Assembly (NCBI RefSeq): GCF_018918265.1
Contig: NZ_JAHLQC010000015.1
Span: forward strand, 57,137-89,136
Reading direction: 5' to 3'
From: Falcatimonas sp. MSJ-15
GTDB taxonomy: Bacteria > Bacillota > Clostridia > Lachnospirales > Lachnospiraceae
DNA length: 32,000 nt
Shown: one piece after another, positions 18,301-25,097 of the stretch
Layout of the letters: every line of letters starts with the position of its first letter
Position numbering within the stretch: position 1 is the first letter of the stretch
The notes under the pieces: generated by a model
What the model saw: the letters and a program-made list of their open reading frames with translations, nothing else
What the model was told of the DNA's origin: nothing
Databases searched by the model: none
Made by a program: the position numbers and the translations under genes

Positions 18301-18481
18301 GGATAAGATTACTGTATACAATGACAAGAATGATAAGATTGCACAGCTTTTTGAGAAAAATGCTGAAGTGATTAAGTCAGAAGTACTTGCAACCGATATA
18401 CTCCATGAAGCTCCTAAGGGCTATGTAAAAGAATGGAATATTAATGGTGAAAACGTAGCCATAGGTGTAGAAAAGAATTAA
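15326..18481 (+). CDS. ileS: isoleucine--tRNA ligase, long type-2 form
   Basis: GTG start 8 nt after AAGGAGG. HIGH motif (PHIGHV), KMSKS motif (KMSKSKGN), a CP1 editing domain, and a length of 1051 aa. Confidence 0.95.
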   Translation: MYKKVNSDLNFVDREKKVEQFWKDNNIFEKSIENRKEGPTYVFYDGPPTANGKPHIGHVLTRVIKDMIPRYRTMKGYMVPRKAGWDTHGLPVEIEVEKKLGLDGKDQIEEYGLEPFIKNCKESVWKYKGMWEDFSGTVGFWADMEHPYITYDNNFIESEWWALKEIWNKGLLYKGFKIVPYCPRCGTPLSAQEVAQGYKTVKERSAVVRFKVVGEDAYFLAWTTTPWTLPSNVALCVNPDDTYVKVKAKDGYTYYMAEELLDKVLGKLAEEGEKAYEVLETYKGKDLEYKEYEPLFECAGEAAKKQNKKAHFVTCDGYVTMSDGTGIVHIAPAFGEDDSRVGKNYDLPFVQFVDGKGELTKETPYAGVFVKKADPLVLKDLDAEGKLFDAPKFEHEYPHCWRCDTPLIYYARESWYIRETAVKEDLIRNNNTVNWIPESIGKGRFGNWLENIQDWAISRNRYWGTPLNIWECEGCGHQECIGSRAELEEKSNNKEALTVELHRPYIDEITCKCPECGKTMRRVPEVLDCWFDSGAMPFAQHHYPFENKEVFEKQFPAQFISEAVDQTRGWFHSLLAESTLLFNKAPYENVIVLGHVQDENGQKMSKSKGNAVDPFDALKEHGADAIRWYFYENSAPWLPNRFHDKAVKEGQRKFMGTIWNTYAFYVLYANIDEFDPTKYELDYDKLPVMDKWILSKLNTLVKTVDNNLANYKITETARVLEDFVDELSNWYVRRSRERFWAKGMEQDKINAYMTLYTTLVTLCKTAAPMIPFMTEDIYQNLVRSVDKDAPESIHLCDFPVANEAWIDTELEDCMEKVLKVVVMGRACRNGANIKNRQPIGTMYIKAPWELDEFYKEIIEDELNVKEVVFTDDVRNFTSYSFKPQLKTVGPKFGKQLNQIRTALTELNGNEAMDEINATGELKLRLGEEEIVLLKEDLLIDMAQMEGYVSEGDNEVTVVLDTNLTEELIEEGFVRELISKIQTMRKEADFEVMDKITVYNDKNDKIAQLFEKNAEVIKSEVLATDILHEAPKGYVKEWNINGENVAIGVEKN

Positions 18482-18502
18482 GTAATTTTCGCAAATTCAA
18501 TT

Positions 18503-18538
18503 AAGGGTATAATCAGATGGTTATACCCTTTATGTTTA
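18503..18538 (+). terminator. intrinsic terminator after ileS
   Basis: 10-bp stem: AAGGGTATAA (18503-18512) pairs with TTATACCCTT (18521-18530). A T-rich tail follows. Confidence 0.65.
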
Positions 18539-18623
18539 TGAAACAGAGGTATTTACAATCGCACTTATATTTTGCAAATGTCTACTGTGGATGATTGGTA
18601 GAATTTAAGGGAGGTAAAGTTTT

Positions 18624-21086
18624 ATGGCAGAAAAGAATGTTTTTGATAAGGAAGAATTCAAAAAGGACGTCTGTAATAATGTGAAGACACTTTTTAGACG
18701 TACAATTGATGAAGCCGATAAACAGCAGATATTCCAGGCTGTTGCATATTCGGTTAAGGATTATGTAATTGATGAATGGATCGAGACACAGAAAGCATTT
18801 GAAGAGCAAAAATGCAAAAAAGTACTTTATATGTCAATGGAATTTTTGATGGGAAGAGCATTAGGCAATACAATGATTAACCTTACCTATTATGACAAGA
18901 TGAAAGAAGCTCTTGATGAACTCGGACTTGATATTAATGTTATCGAGGATGAAGAACCAGATCCAGCCCTTGGTAATGGTGGTCTTGGAAGACTTGCAGC
19001 ATGTTTTCTTGATTCATTATCAACACTTGGATATGGAGCTTACGGTTGTGGAATAAGGTACAAATATGGTATGTTTGCACAGAAGATAGAAGATGGATAT
19101 CAGGTAGAAGTACCAGATAACTGGCTTGTTCATGGTAACCCATTCGAGATGAAACGTCCGGAGTATGCAACAGAAGTAAAATTCGGCGGATATGTAAGAT
19201 GTTATAGAGATGACACAGGAAGAGACAGATATGTTCAGGAGAATTATCAGTCAGTAATAGCAATCCCTTATGATATTCCGGTAGTAGGTTATGGCAATCA
19301 TGTAGTTAATACACTTAGAATATGGGATGCAGAACCAATGCAGAAGTTCAATCTGGCTTCTTTTGACAGAGGTGATTACAAAAAAGCAGTAGAAGAAGAG
19401 AACCTTGCTAAGAATATAGTAGAAGTATTATATCCTAATGATAATCACTATGCCGGTAAAGAATTAAGATTAAAACAGCAATATTTCTTCATATCAGCCA
19501 GTGTACAGCTTGCAGTCAAGAAGTTTTTTGCAAATAATAATAATCTTAAGGAATTTCCGGATGCTTATACATTCCAGTTAAATGATACTCATCCAACAGT
19601 TGCAGTTGCAGAACTTATGAGAGTACTTCTTGATGATTATGGACTTGAATGGGATGATGCATGGGATATAACACACAGAACATGTGCATATACTAATCAT
19701 ACAATAATGGCAGAAGCACTTGAAAAATGGCCAATTGACTTATTCTCAAGACTATTGCCAAGAATCTACCAGATTGTTGAAGAGATTAACAGAAGATTCG
19801 TATGTGAGGTAGCTGAGAGATATCCTGGCAATGAAGAGAAGATTAGAAAGATGGCAATTCTATATGACGGTCAGGTAAGAATGGCTAATATGGCAATTGT
19901 TGCCGGATATTCAGTCAATGGTGTTGCAAGACTTCATACAGAGATTCTTAAAAAACAGGAACTTAAAGATTTCTATGAGATGATGCCGGAAAAATTCAAT
20001 AATAAGACTAATGGTATTACACAAAGAAGATTTCTTCTTCATGCCAATCCACTCCTTGCTGATTGGATTACAACACTTATTGGCGATGGATGGATTACAG
20101 ACTTATCAGAGATTGGTAAGTTAAAAGCATATGTTGACGATCCGGAGTGCCGTAAAGTATTTATGAATATCAAACATCAGAACAAAGTAAGACTTGCAAG
20201 ATATATTAAAAAATATAACAATATTGATGTAGATCCTAACTCAATATTTGATGTACAGGTAAAACGTCTGCATGAATATAAAAGACAGCTTCTTAATATT
20301 TTGCATGTTATGTATCTGTATAATAAGATTAAGGAAAATCCAAACATTGATATGGTTCCAAGAACATTCATATTTGGTGCAAAAGCAGCAGCAGGATATA
20401 AGAGAGCCAAACTTACAATTAAACTTATTAACAGTGTTGCAGACGTTATAAATAATGATCAGTCCATAGGCGGCAAGATAAAAGTTGTATTTATTGAGAA
20501 TTACAGAGTATCTAATGCCGAGATAATATTTGCAGGAAGTGATGTAAGTGAACAGATCTCAACAGCCAGTAAGGAAGCTTCAGGAACAGGTAATATGAAG
20601 TTTATGCTTAACGGTGCGATTACACTTGGAACAATGGATGGTGCAAATGTTGAGATTGTAGAAGAAGTTGGAGCTGAGAATGCAGTTATATTCGGACTTA
20701 GTGCTGATGAAGTTATTAAGTATGAGAATGAAGGCGGTTATAATCCGATGGATATCTTTAACAATGATCAGGATATAAGAAAAGTTTTAATGCAGTTAAT
20801 TAATGGAACTTATTCACCTGATGAACCAGAATTATTTAGAGATATCTATAATTCACTGCTTAATACTCAGAGTTCGGACAGAGCAGACACATATTTCATT
20901 CTTAAAGACTTCAGATCATATATTGATGCACAGAATAAGATTAATGATCTATATAAAGATAAAGACAGATGGAGTAAGATGGCAATGCTTAATACAGCAT
21001 GTGCAGGTAAGTTCTCATCAGATAGAACAATACAGGAATATGTTGATGAAGTATGGCATCTTGATAAGATTAATATTAACAGATAA
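18624..21086 (+). CDS. glgP: glycogen/maltodextrin phosphorylase
   Basis: 820 aa. PLP-site motif EASGTGNMKFMLNG, and NGGLGRLAACFLDS. RBS GGGAGG. Confidence 0.95.
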   Translation: MAEKNVFDKEEFKKDVCNNVKTLFRRTIDEADKQQIFQAVAYSVKDYVIDEWIETQKAFEEQKCKKVLYMSMEFLMGRALGNTMINLTYYDKMKEALDELGLDINVIEDEEPDPALGNGGLGRLAACFLDSLSTLGYGAYGCGIRYKYGMFAQKIEDGYQVEVPDNWLVHGNPFEMKRPEYATEVKFGGYVRCYRDDTGRDRYVQENYQSVIAIPYDIPVVGYGNHVVNTLRIWDAEPMQKFNLASFDRGDYKKAVEEENLAKNIVEVLYPNDNHYAGKELRLKQQYFFISASVQLAVKKFFANNNNLKEFPDAYTFQLNDTHPTVAVAELMRVLLDDYGLEWDDAWDITHRTCAYTNHTIMAEALEKWPIDLFSRLLPRIYQIVEEINRRFVCEVAERYPGNEEKIRKMAILYDGQVRMANMAIVAGYSVNGVARLHTEILKKQELKDFYEMMPEKFNNKTNGITQRRFLLHANPLLADWITTLIGDGWITDLSEIGKLKAYVDDPECRKVFMNIKHQNKVRLARYIKKYNNIDVDPNSIFDVQVKRLHEYKRQLLNILHVMYLYNKIKENPNIDMVPRTFIFGAKAAAGYKRAKLTIKLINSVADVINNDQSIGGKIKVVFIENYRVSNAEIIFAGSDVSEQISTASKEASGTGNMKFMLNGAITLGTMDGANVEIVEEVGAENAVIFGLSADEVIKYENEGGYNPMDIFNNDQDIRKVLMQLINGTYSPDEPELFRDIYNSLLNTQSSDRADTYFILKDFRSYIDAQNKINDLYKDKDRWSKMAMLNTACAGKFSSDRTIQEYVDEVWHLDKININR

Positions 21087-21094
21087 TATACAAG

Positions 21095-21135
21095 ATAAGC
21101 TTAGATTATTTACTAGTCTAAGCTTATTTTTTTTG
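21095..21135 (+). terminator. intrinsic terminator after glgP
   Basis: ATAAGCTTAGA (21095-21105) pairs with TCTAAGCTTAT (21117-21127) and is followed by TTTTTTTT. Confidence 0.8.
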
Positions 21136-21277
21136 CTTTTTATTAAGAGTACGGATAAAATCAAGGCTTTTGTCAAGTGGGAGTCAAAACAGATAATAGA
21201 AATATACTATACATGTACTAAAAATATATATTCATATATATTAAACTAAAAATATGATAAAAGCATATAGACAACAG

Positions 21278-21305
21278 GAATAGTATTAGAATATAAGCAT
21301 ATAAT
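21278..21305 (+). promoter_or_regulatory. candidate sigma-E-type promoter for spoIID
   Basis: GAATAGT (21278-21284), 13-nt spacer, CATATAAT (21298-21305). I compared this with the remembered B. subtilis consensus kmATAww-N13/14-CATACAmT. Confidence 0.3.
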
Positions 21306-21344
21306 TATATGATGTAGAATAAATATGAATGTATATTTTACATT

Positions 21345-22403
21345 ATGAATAATAATAAAAGAGTTTGGAGAATATATTCTCTTAAGTATGAGGTGAGCAA
21401 TATAATAAGAAAAAATATATATAAGAAAATATTTTTTGGTACGTTATTAGCAGTATGTACATTGTTTTTGCCATATTTTTTTGTAACATTATATAATGAT
21501 AGAGAAGAAAGCGATATTAATAAAGTCAAAGTTACAGACAGTAACATAATGATTGAAGTTGCAGATCTAAGTGATGATGGAAAAAAGAGCTGTATCGCAA
21601 TAGATGAATATGTAAAAGGAGCGCTTAGCTGTGAACTTAATAAGATAAGAACTGAATTTGAGATAAGTGATGAGACAGCTAAAGCTCTAGCGGTGATTAT
21701 TCGTACACATGTATATAAAATAGAGGAAAATGTGGAAGAAAACATTATTACCGAAGAAAAATGTGGATATGAATATACATCAGATTATGATAAACAGGCT
21801 GATATGGCGGTTGATGCGACTGATAATATTATAATTGAATATAATGGTAAAGCAGTAGACTGTTTCTACTGTATGAGTTCTGGTGGAATGACAAGAGATG
21901 GAGCAACAGATTTGGAAGGAGAAGATTATGCATATCTAAAGAGCGTTACAGTAAAAGAAGATTATAATGCACCGGAATTTCTTACACTATGTTATTACAA
22001 AAATGATGAATTTAGAGAAATTATCAGCAAAGAATTTGAAATTACACTTAATGATAACTATACAGCAGCAGATTTTGATATAACAGATACATATAGTGCC
22101 GGATATATAAGAAATGTAATGATTAAGACAGCAGATACAGATGACAAAGCAATTATGAGTAATAAAGAGAGCGATAAGAGATATAAAACTGTAAGTGGAG
22201 AACAGTTTGCAAAAACATTTGATTTGCCATCACAATGTTTTTACATAGAAGACTTTAATGGTGGAATACGAATTGTATCAAAAGGCAGAGGACATGGATT
22301 TGGAATGAGCCTGTATGGAGCTGAGATGATGTCAAGAGATAATAAGACGTATGAAGAGATTATCAACTATTTCTATCAGTCAATAGTCTTTGTTACATTA
22401 TAA
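21345..22403 (+). CDS. spoIID: stage II sporulation protein D (SpoIID/LytB lytic transglycosylase family)
   Basis: N-terminal TM segment, ALAVIIRTHVY, and C-terminal GRGHGFGMSLYGAEMMS, which is typical of SpoIID. The start codon is uncertain because there is no clear RBS before ATG 21345. Confidence 0.8.
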   Translation: MNNNKRVWRIYSLKYEVSNIIRKNIYKKIFFGTLLAVCTLFLPYFFVTLYNDREESDINKVKVTDSNIMIEVADLSDDGKKSCIAIDEYVKGALSCELNKIRTEFEISDETAKALAVIIRTHVYKIEENVEENIITEEKCGYEYTSDYDKQADMAVDATDNIIIEYNGKAVDCFYCMSSGGMTRDGATDLEGEDYAYLKSVTVKEDYNAPEFLTLCYYKNDEFREIISKEFEITLNDNYTAADFDITDTYSAGYIRNVMIKTADTDDKAIMSNKESDKRYKTVSGEQFAKTFDLPSQCFYIEDFNGGIRIVSKGRGHGFGMSLYGAEMMSRDNKTYEEIINYFYQSIVFVTL

Positions 22404-22454
22404 AGATTATAGCAATTCAAAAACATATTAGTGACAAAAATTATATTATAAGTA

Positions 22455-22484
22455 GTATAACATTAGTATAAGGTGGGAACTCTA
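22455..22484 (+). promoter_or_regulatory. candidate sigma-F-type promoter for the SpoIIQ-like gene
   Basis: GTATA (22455-22459), 15-nt spacer, GGGAACTCTA (22475-22484). I compared this with the remembered consensus GYATA-N15-GGnnAnAnTr; there is one mismatch. Confidence 0.4.
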
Positions 22485-22505
22485 TAATTACGAGAGGTGA
22501 TTATA

Positions 22506-23372
22506 GTGAAGAATTTAAAAAAGAAAAGTGGAACAAGAGAAAAAGTGTTATCGGGTGTTGTCTCACTTGTACTTGCCGGGGTGATTGGAATTGGAGGAGT
22601 GACAGTCTATAACAGACAAAAAACAGGTGATAATAAGAATTATATTAATCTTAACGAAACTGATGAATATGCGAATAATACAGAGGATAAGAGTAATAAT
22701 AGCAATATAAAAAAAGATACAGCAGATTCACTTATAGATGAAGATGGCGATACAACAAATCTTAAATCGCCAGACAGAACCGGTGATGCTGATGATGAGA
22801 AAAAAGAATTAGCAAAAGCAGGCGATAGTATAGCAGAAACTACAGATGGTACAGAATCAGATGACATATCAGATGATGAGCAGATAAAACAGGATATGGA
22901 GATTGCAGCAGTTGATAACAACAGTGCAGTTCCAATAAATCAGACGATAAGTTATACATTCCCGGAAGAAAAGACACTGTCATGGCCAGTTATAGGTAAT
23001 ATAGTTCTTGATTATAGTATGGATAAAACAGTATATTTTCCTACACTCAAAGTATATAAATGCAATCCGGCAGTTATTATATCAGCGGAACATGGAAGCA
23101 GTGTATGTGCAGCAGCTTCTGGAGTTGTTGAGAACATTGAGACACTAGATGAGACAGGAATAACAATGACAGTTAATATAGGAGATGGATATACAGTCAA
23201 ATATGGACAGCTTAGTGAAGTTACAGCAGGTACCGGCGATGTTATAAGTAAAGGGCAGTCAATAGGAACAATAGCTACTCCAACCAAATATTATAAAATA
23301 GAAGGAGATAATCTCTACTTCCAATTACTTAAAGATAATGAACCAGAAGATCCTGTAGTATATTTTGAATAG
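22506..23372 (+). CDS. spoIIQ: SpoIIQ-like membrane protein with a degenerate LytM (M23) domain
   Basis: N-terminal TM segment (VVSLVLAGVIGIGGVTV), an acidic low-complexity linker, and a C-terminal LytM fold (SGVVENIE...GYTVKYGQLSEVTAGTGDVISKGQSIG...GDNLYFQLLKDNEPEDP). It lies immediately downstream of spoIID. The likely start is GTG 22506, 8 nt after AGAGG; the track start is 22497. Confidence 0.6.
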   Translation: MKNLKKKSGTREKVLSGVVSLVLAGVIGIGGVTVYNRQKTGDNKNYINLNETDEYANNTEDKSNNSNIKKDTADSLIDEDGDTTNLKSPDRTGDADDEKKELAKAGDSIAETTDGTESDDISDDEQIKQDMEIAAVDNNSAVPINQTISYTFPEEKTLSWPVIGNIVLDYSMDKTVYFPTLKVYKCNPAVIISAEHGSSVCAAASGVVENIETLDETGITMTVNIGDGYTVKYGQLSEVTAGTGDVISKGQSIGTIATPTKYYKIEGDNLYFQLLKDNEPEDPVVYFE

Positions 23373-23530
23373 AATATGTAAGTTAAGGATATAAGTAATT
23401 ACATTAATGTTTTATATAATATAAAATATGTAAAAGTAATGCTATGTGCATAATATGAGATATATAAGATGCATAGGACAACAGGAACAACTATTAAAAA
23501 AATGAGTATAATAAGGTATGGCATCTATAT

Positions 23531-23640
23531 TATGATGTAGGGGGCAAAAGCCACGACTTTGATGCCTACGAATTGCTCCGTGCTATGCACTCCCACAATT
23601 CTCCCCCATATTCGCATATCATGGGATTGTCATCCCACTT
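23531..23640 (-). repeat. ~110-nt structured dispersed repeat, copy B (inverted relative to copy A)
   Basis: Its reverse complement aligns to 529-638 at 96/110. The 3' hairpin and the CCCA/TGGG pairing of copy A are disrupted here. Confidence 0.85.
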
Positions 23641-23658
23641 TTATGCTCATATCGGGGC

Positions 23659-23719
23659 GGGTCCCAAGGTCTTTAACTCACATATGAGCAAGCTCATGTT
23701 AGCTTAGACCTTTTGACCC
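23659..23719 (+). other. 61-nt extended hairpin next to repeat copy B
   Basis: GGGTC/GACCC (5 bp), AAGGTCT/AGACCTT (7 bp) and the apical ATATGAGC/GCTCATGT (8 bp). The apical stem has one T-G pair that is a wobble only on the plus strand. Confidence 0.55.
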
Positions 23720-23838
23720 TGGCATCATATATTATATATGGCATTATGAAAAATAAGCAAATCCGGAATTTTACGACGCATAGCGTTCAATAACTAATCC
23801 CCCGGAAGCTTTTTTAATAAATCTCCAAATAGAATCAT

Positions 23839-23874
23839 AAAAAGGGAAACGATAGAAATACCGTTTCCCTTTTT
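23839..23874. terminator. bidirectional intrinsic terminator in the spoIIQ-like / hlyIII convergent gap
   Basis: AAAAAGGGAAACG (23839-23851) pairs with CGTTTCCCTTTTT (23862-23874) around a 10-nt loop. The A-run and T-run allow function in both directions. Confidence 0.8.
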
Positions 23875-23934
23875 AAATGTGTCAAATTATATCAAAGAAA
23901 CCTGATACCTATGCACCAGGTTTCCAATAGAGGA

Positions 23935-23963
23935 TTCCCCTCGCTCTTGACAAAGAGCCAAAA
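23935..23963 (+). repeat. short hairpin motif TTCCCC-N-CGCTCTTGACAAAGAGCC-AAA, copy 1
   Basis: The 18-nt core CGCTCTTGACAAAGAGCC (23942-23959) is identical to 30165-30182. It forms the hairpin GCTCTT-GACA-AAGAGC. Confidence 0.8.
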
Positions 23964-24031
23964 TAACTGACACTACTTAATATTGATAATCACAATGCGA
24001 ATGATTGTAATTAAAAGCATGTTGCTAAGTT

Positions 24032-24700
24032 TTAATGAACAAGTGGCATTAGAGCAACATATTTAAACATAAAAACAAAGTGACATACACTTCCGGCCAT
24101 TACGAACAGGTGAAATATCTCATGTGTACCAAAATTCTTGTGAAGAGCATCAAAAACAGGTAATTTAAGAGCATATATGATACCGCCAAGAGTATATATG
24201 ATACCACCGGTAAGCAGCCATAAGAAAGCAGGACCTCTTAAAGCTTCAATTATCTGTGAAAAAGCAAGTACGCATATCCAGCCCATTGCGATATATAGTA
24301 CAGATGATACCCACTTTGGACAGTTAACCCAGAACAACTTGAAGATAATTCCCATAATAGCTACACCCCATACGAGAGAAAGTAACATAAGTCCTGTTTT
24401 ACCACCAAGTACGATAAGACATACAGGAGTATAAGATCCGGCAATCATTATGAAGATCATACAGTGATCAAGCTTCTTTAAGATCTGATTGGTCTTTTCG
24501 GAAAAATTAAAAGTATGATAAATTGTACTTGCTCCATATAGAAGAATCATACTTCCGATGAATATGGAAAGAGATACAAGATGAACAGTATCAGGTGCAG
24601 TTGCAGCTTTAATTAACAGTGGAGTTGCAGCGAATATTGCCATCAACATTCCGATAAAATGAGTAATTGCACTACCAGGTTCTTTAACTTTAAAATTCAT
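24032..24700 (-). CDS. hemolysin III family (PAQR/YplQ-like) membrane protein
   Basis: Seven predicted TM segments. N-terminal EPGSAITHFIGM and C-terminal HEIFHLFVMAGSVCHF are typical of the family. RBS GAGGAGG. Confidence 0.9.
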   Translation of the reverse strand: MNFKVKEPGSAITHFIGMLMAIFAATPLLIKAATAPDTVHLVSLSIFIGSMILLYGASTIYHTFNFSEKTNQILKKLDHCMIFIMIAGSYTPVCLIVLGGKTGLMLLSLVWGVAIMGIIFKLFWVNCPKWVSSVLYIAMGWICVLAFSQIIEALRGPAFLWLLTGGIIYTLGGIIYALKLPVFDALHKNFGTHEIFHLFVMAGSVCHFVFMFKYVALMPLVH

Positions 24701-24892
24701 AATATAGACCTCCTCAAATATTAATATTACAATATAAAAACTAGATATGAATACATTAAACTCATATCATAACATGCAAATAATTCAGTATGTAGTATTA
24801 AATACTACGTATTGATATAGCTATATTACACCAGTGATCAATAAAAATCAATACATTTAATAAAAAATTAAGACGTTTAATACATAGATTTG

Positions 24893-24921
24893 TTGACATA
24901 AGTTCTCAAATCTGTTATTCT
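24893..24921 (+). promoter_or_regulatory. sigma-A promoter upstream of the DEAD-box helicase leader
   Basis: TTGACA (24893-24898), 17-nt spacer, TATTCT (24916-24921). Confidence 0.55.
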
Positions 24922-24960
24922 AGCTACTGTGACTTTATATGGATTACTGATTTAGAACAA

Positions 24961-24998
24961 GGCTCTAAACTTTTAAAGTTTATGGAGCTATTTTTTTT
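24961..24998 (+). terminator. intrinsic terminator inside the helicase 5' leader (attenuator)
   Basis: GCTC-TAAACTT (24962-24972) pairs with AAGTTTA-(TG bulge)-GAGC (24976-24988) and is followed by A plus T8 (24991-24998). A competing helix is TTTAGA (24951-24956) with TCTAAA (24964-24969). Confidence 0.65.
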
Positions 24999-25097
24999 GT
25001 AGGAAAACTTTGCATATGGTCAAAGGTGGGTTAGAGATTTACTAGTTATTATTAGTATAGTTTTTATAATAAAAAAAGAATAGAAAGGACATTTTAG

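Noticed and set aside
20803-21249. 148-aa plus-strand ORF overlapping the 3' end of glgP and running through its terminator.
   Set aside because: It is out of frame with glgP, crosses a strong intrinsic terminator (21095-21135), and has no RBS and no recognisable protein features.
529-23640. The idea that the two inverted repeat copies are the ends of a composite transposon or genomic island.
   Set aside because: The 23 kb between them is core housekeeping (ddl, murI, coaBC, pncB, plsC, cls, ileS, glgP, spoIID). It contains no transposase, integrase or conjugation genes.
23561-23686. Small ORF inside repeat copy B (41 aa, MPTNCSVLCTPTILPH...). A related 37-47-aa ORF lies in copy A on the minus strand.
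   Set aside because: The frame stays open in both copies, but neither has a Shine-Dalgarno sequence. The N-terminal extension of copy A is closed by ATG ATG TAG in copy B, and the sequence is better explained by RNA hairpins. Worth rechecking only if ribosome profiling data exist.
23947-23952. The TTGACA embedded in the shared hairpin motif, considered as a -35 promoter box (also at 30170-30175).
   Set aside because: There is no acceptable -10 hexamer at 16-18 nt downstream in either copy (ACACTA and AGGATA).
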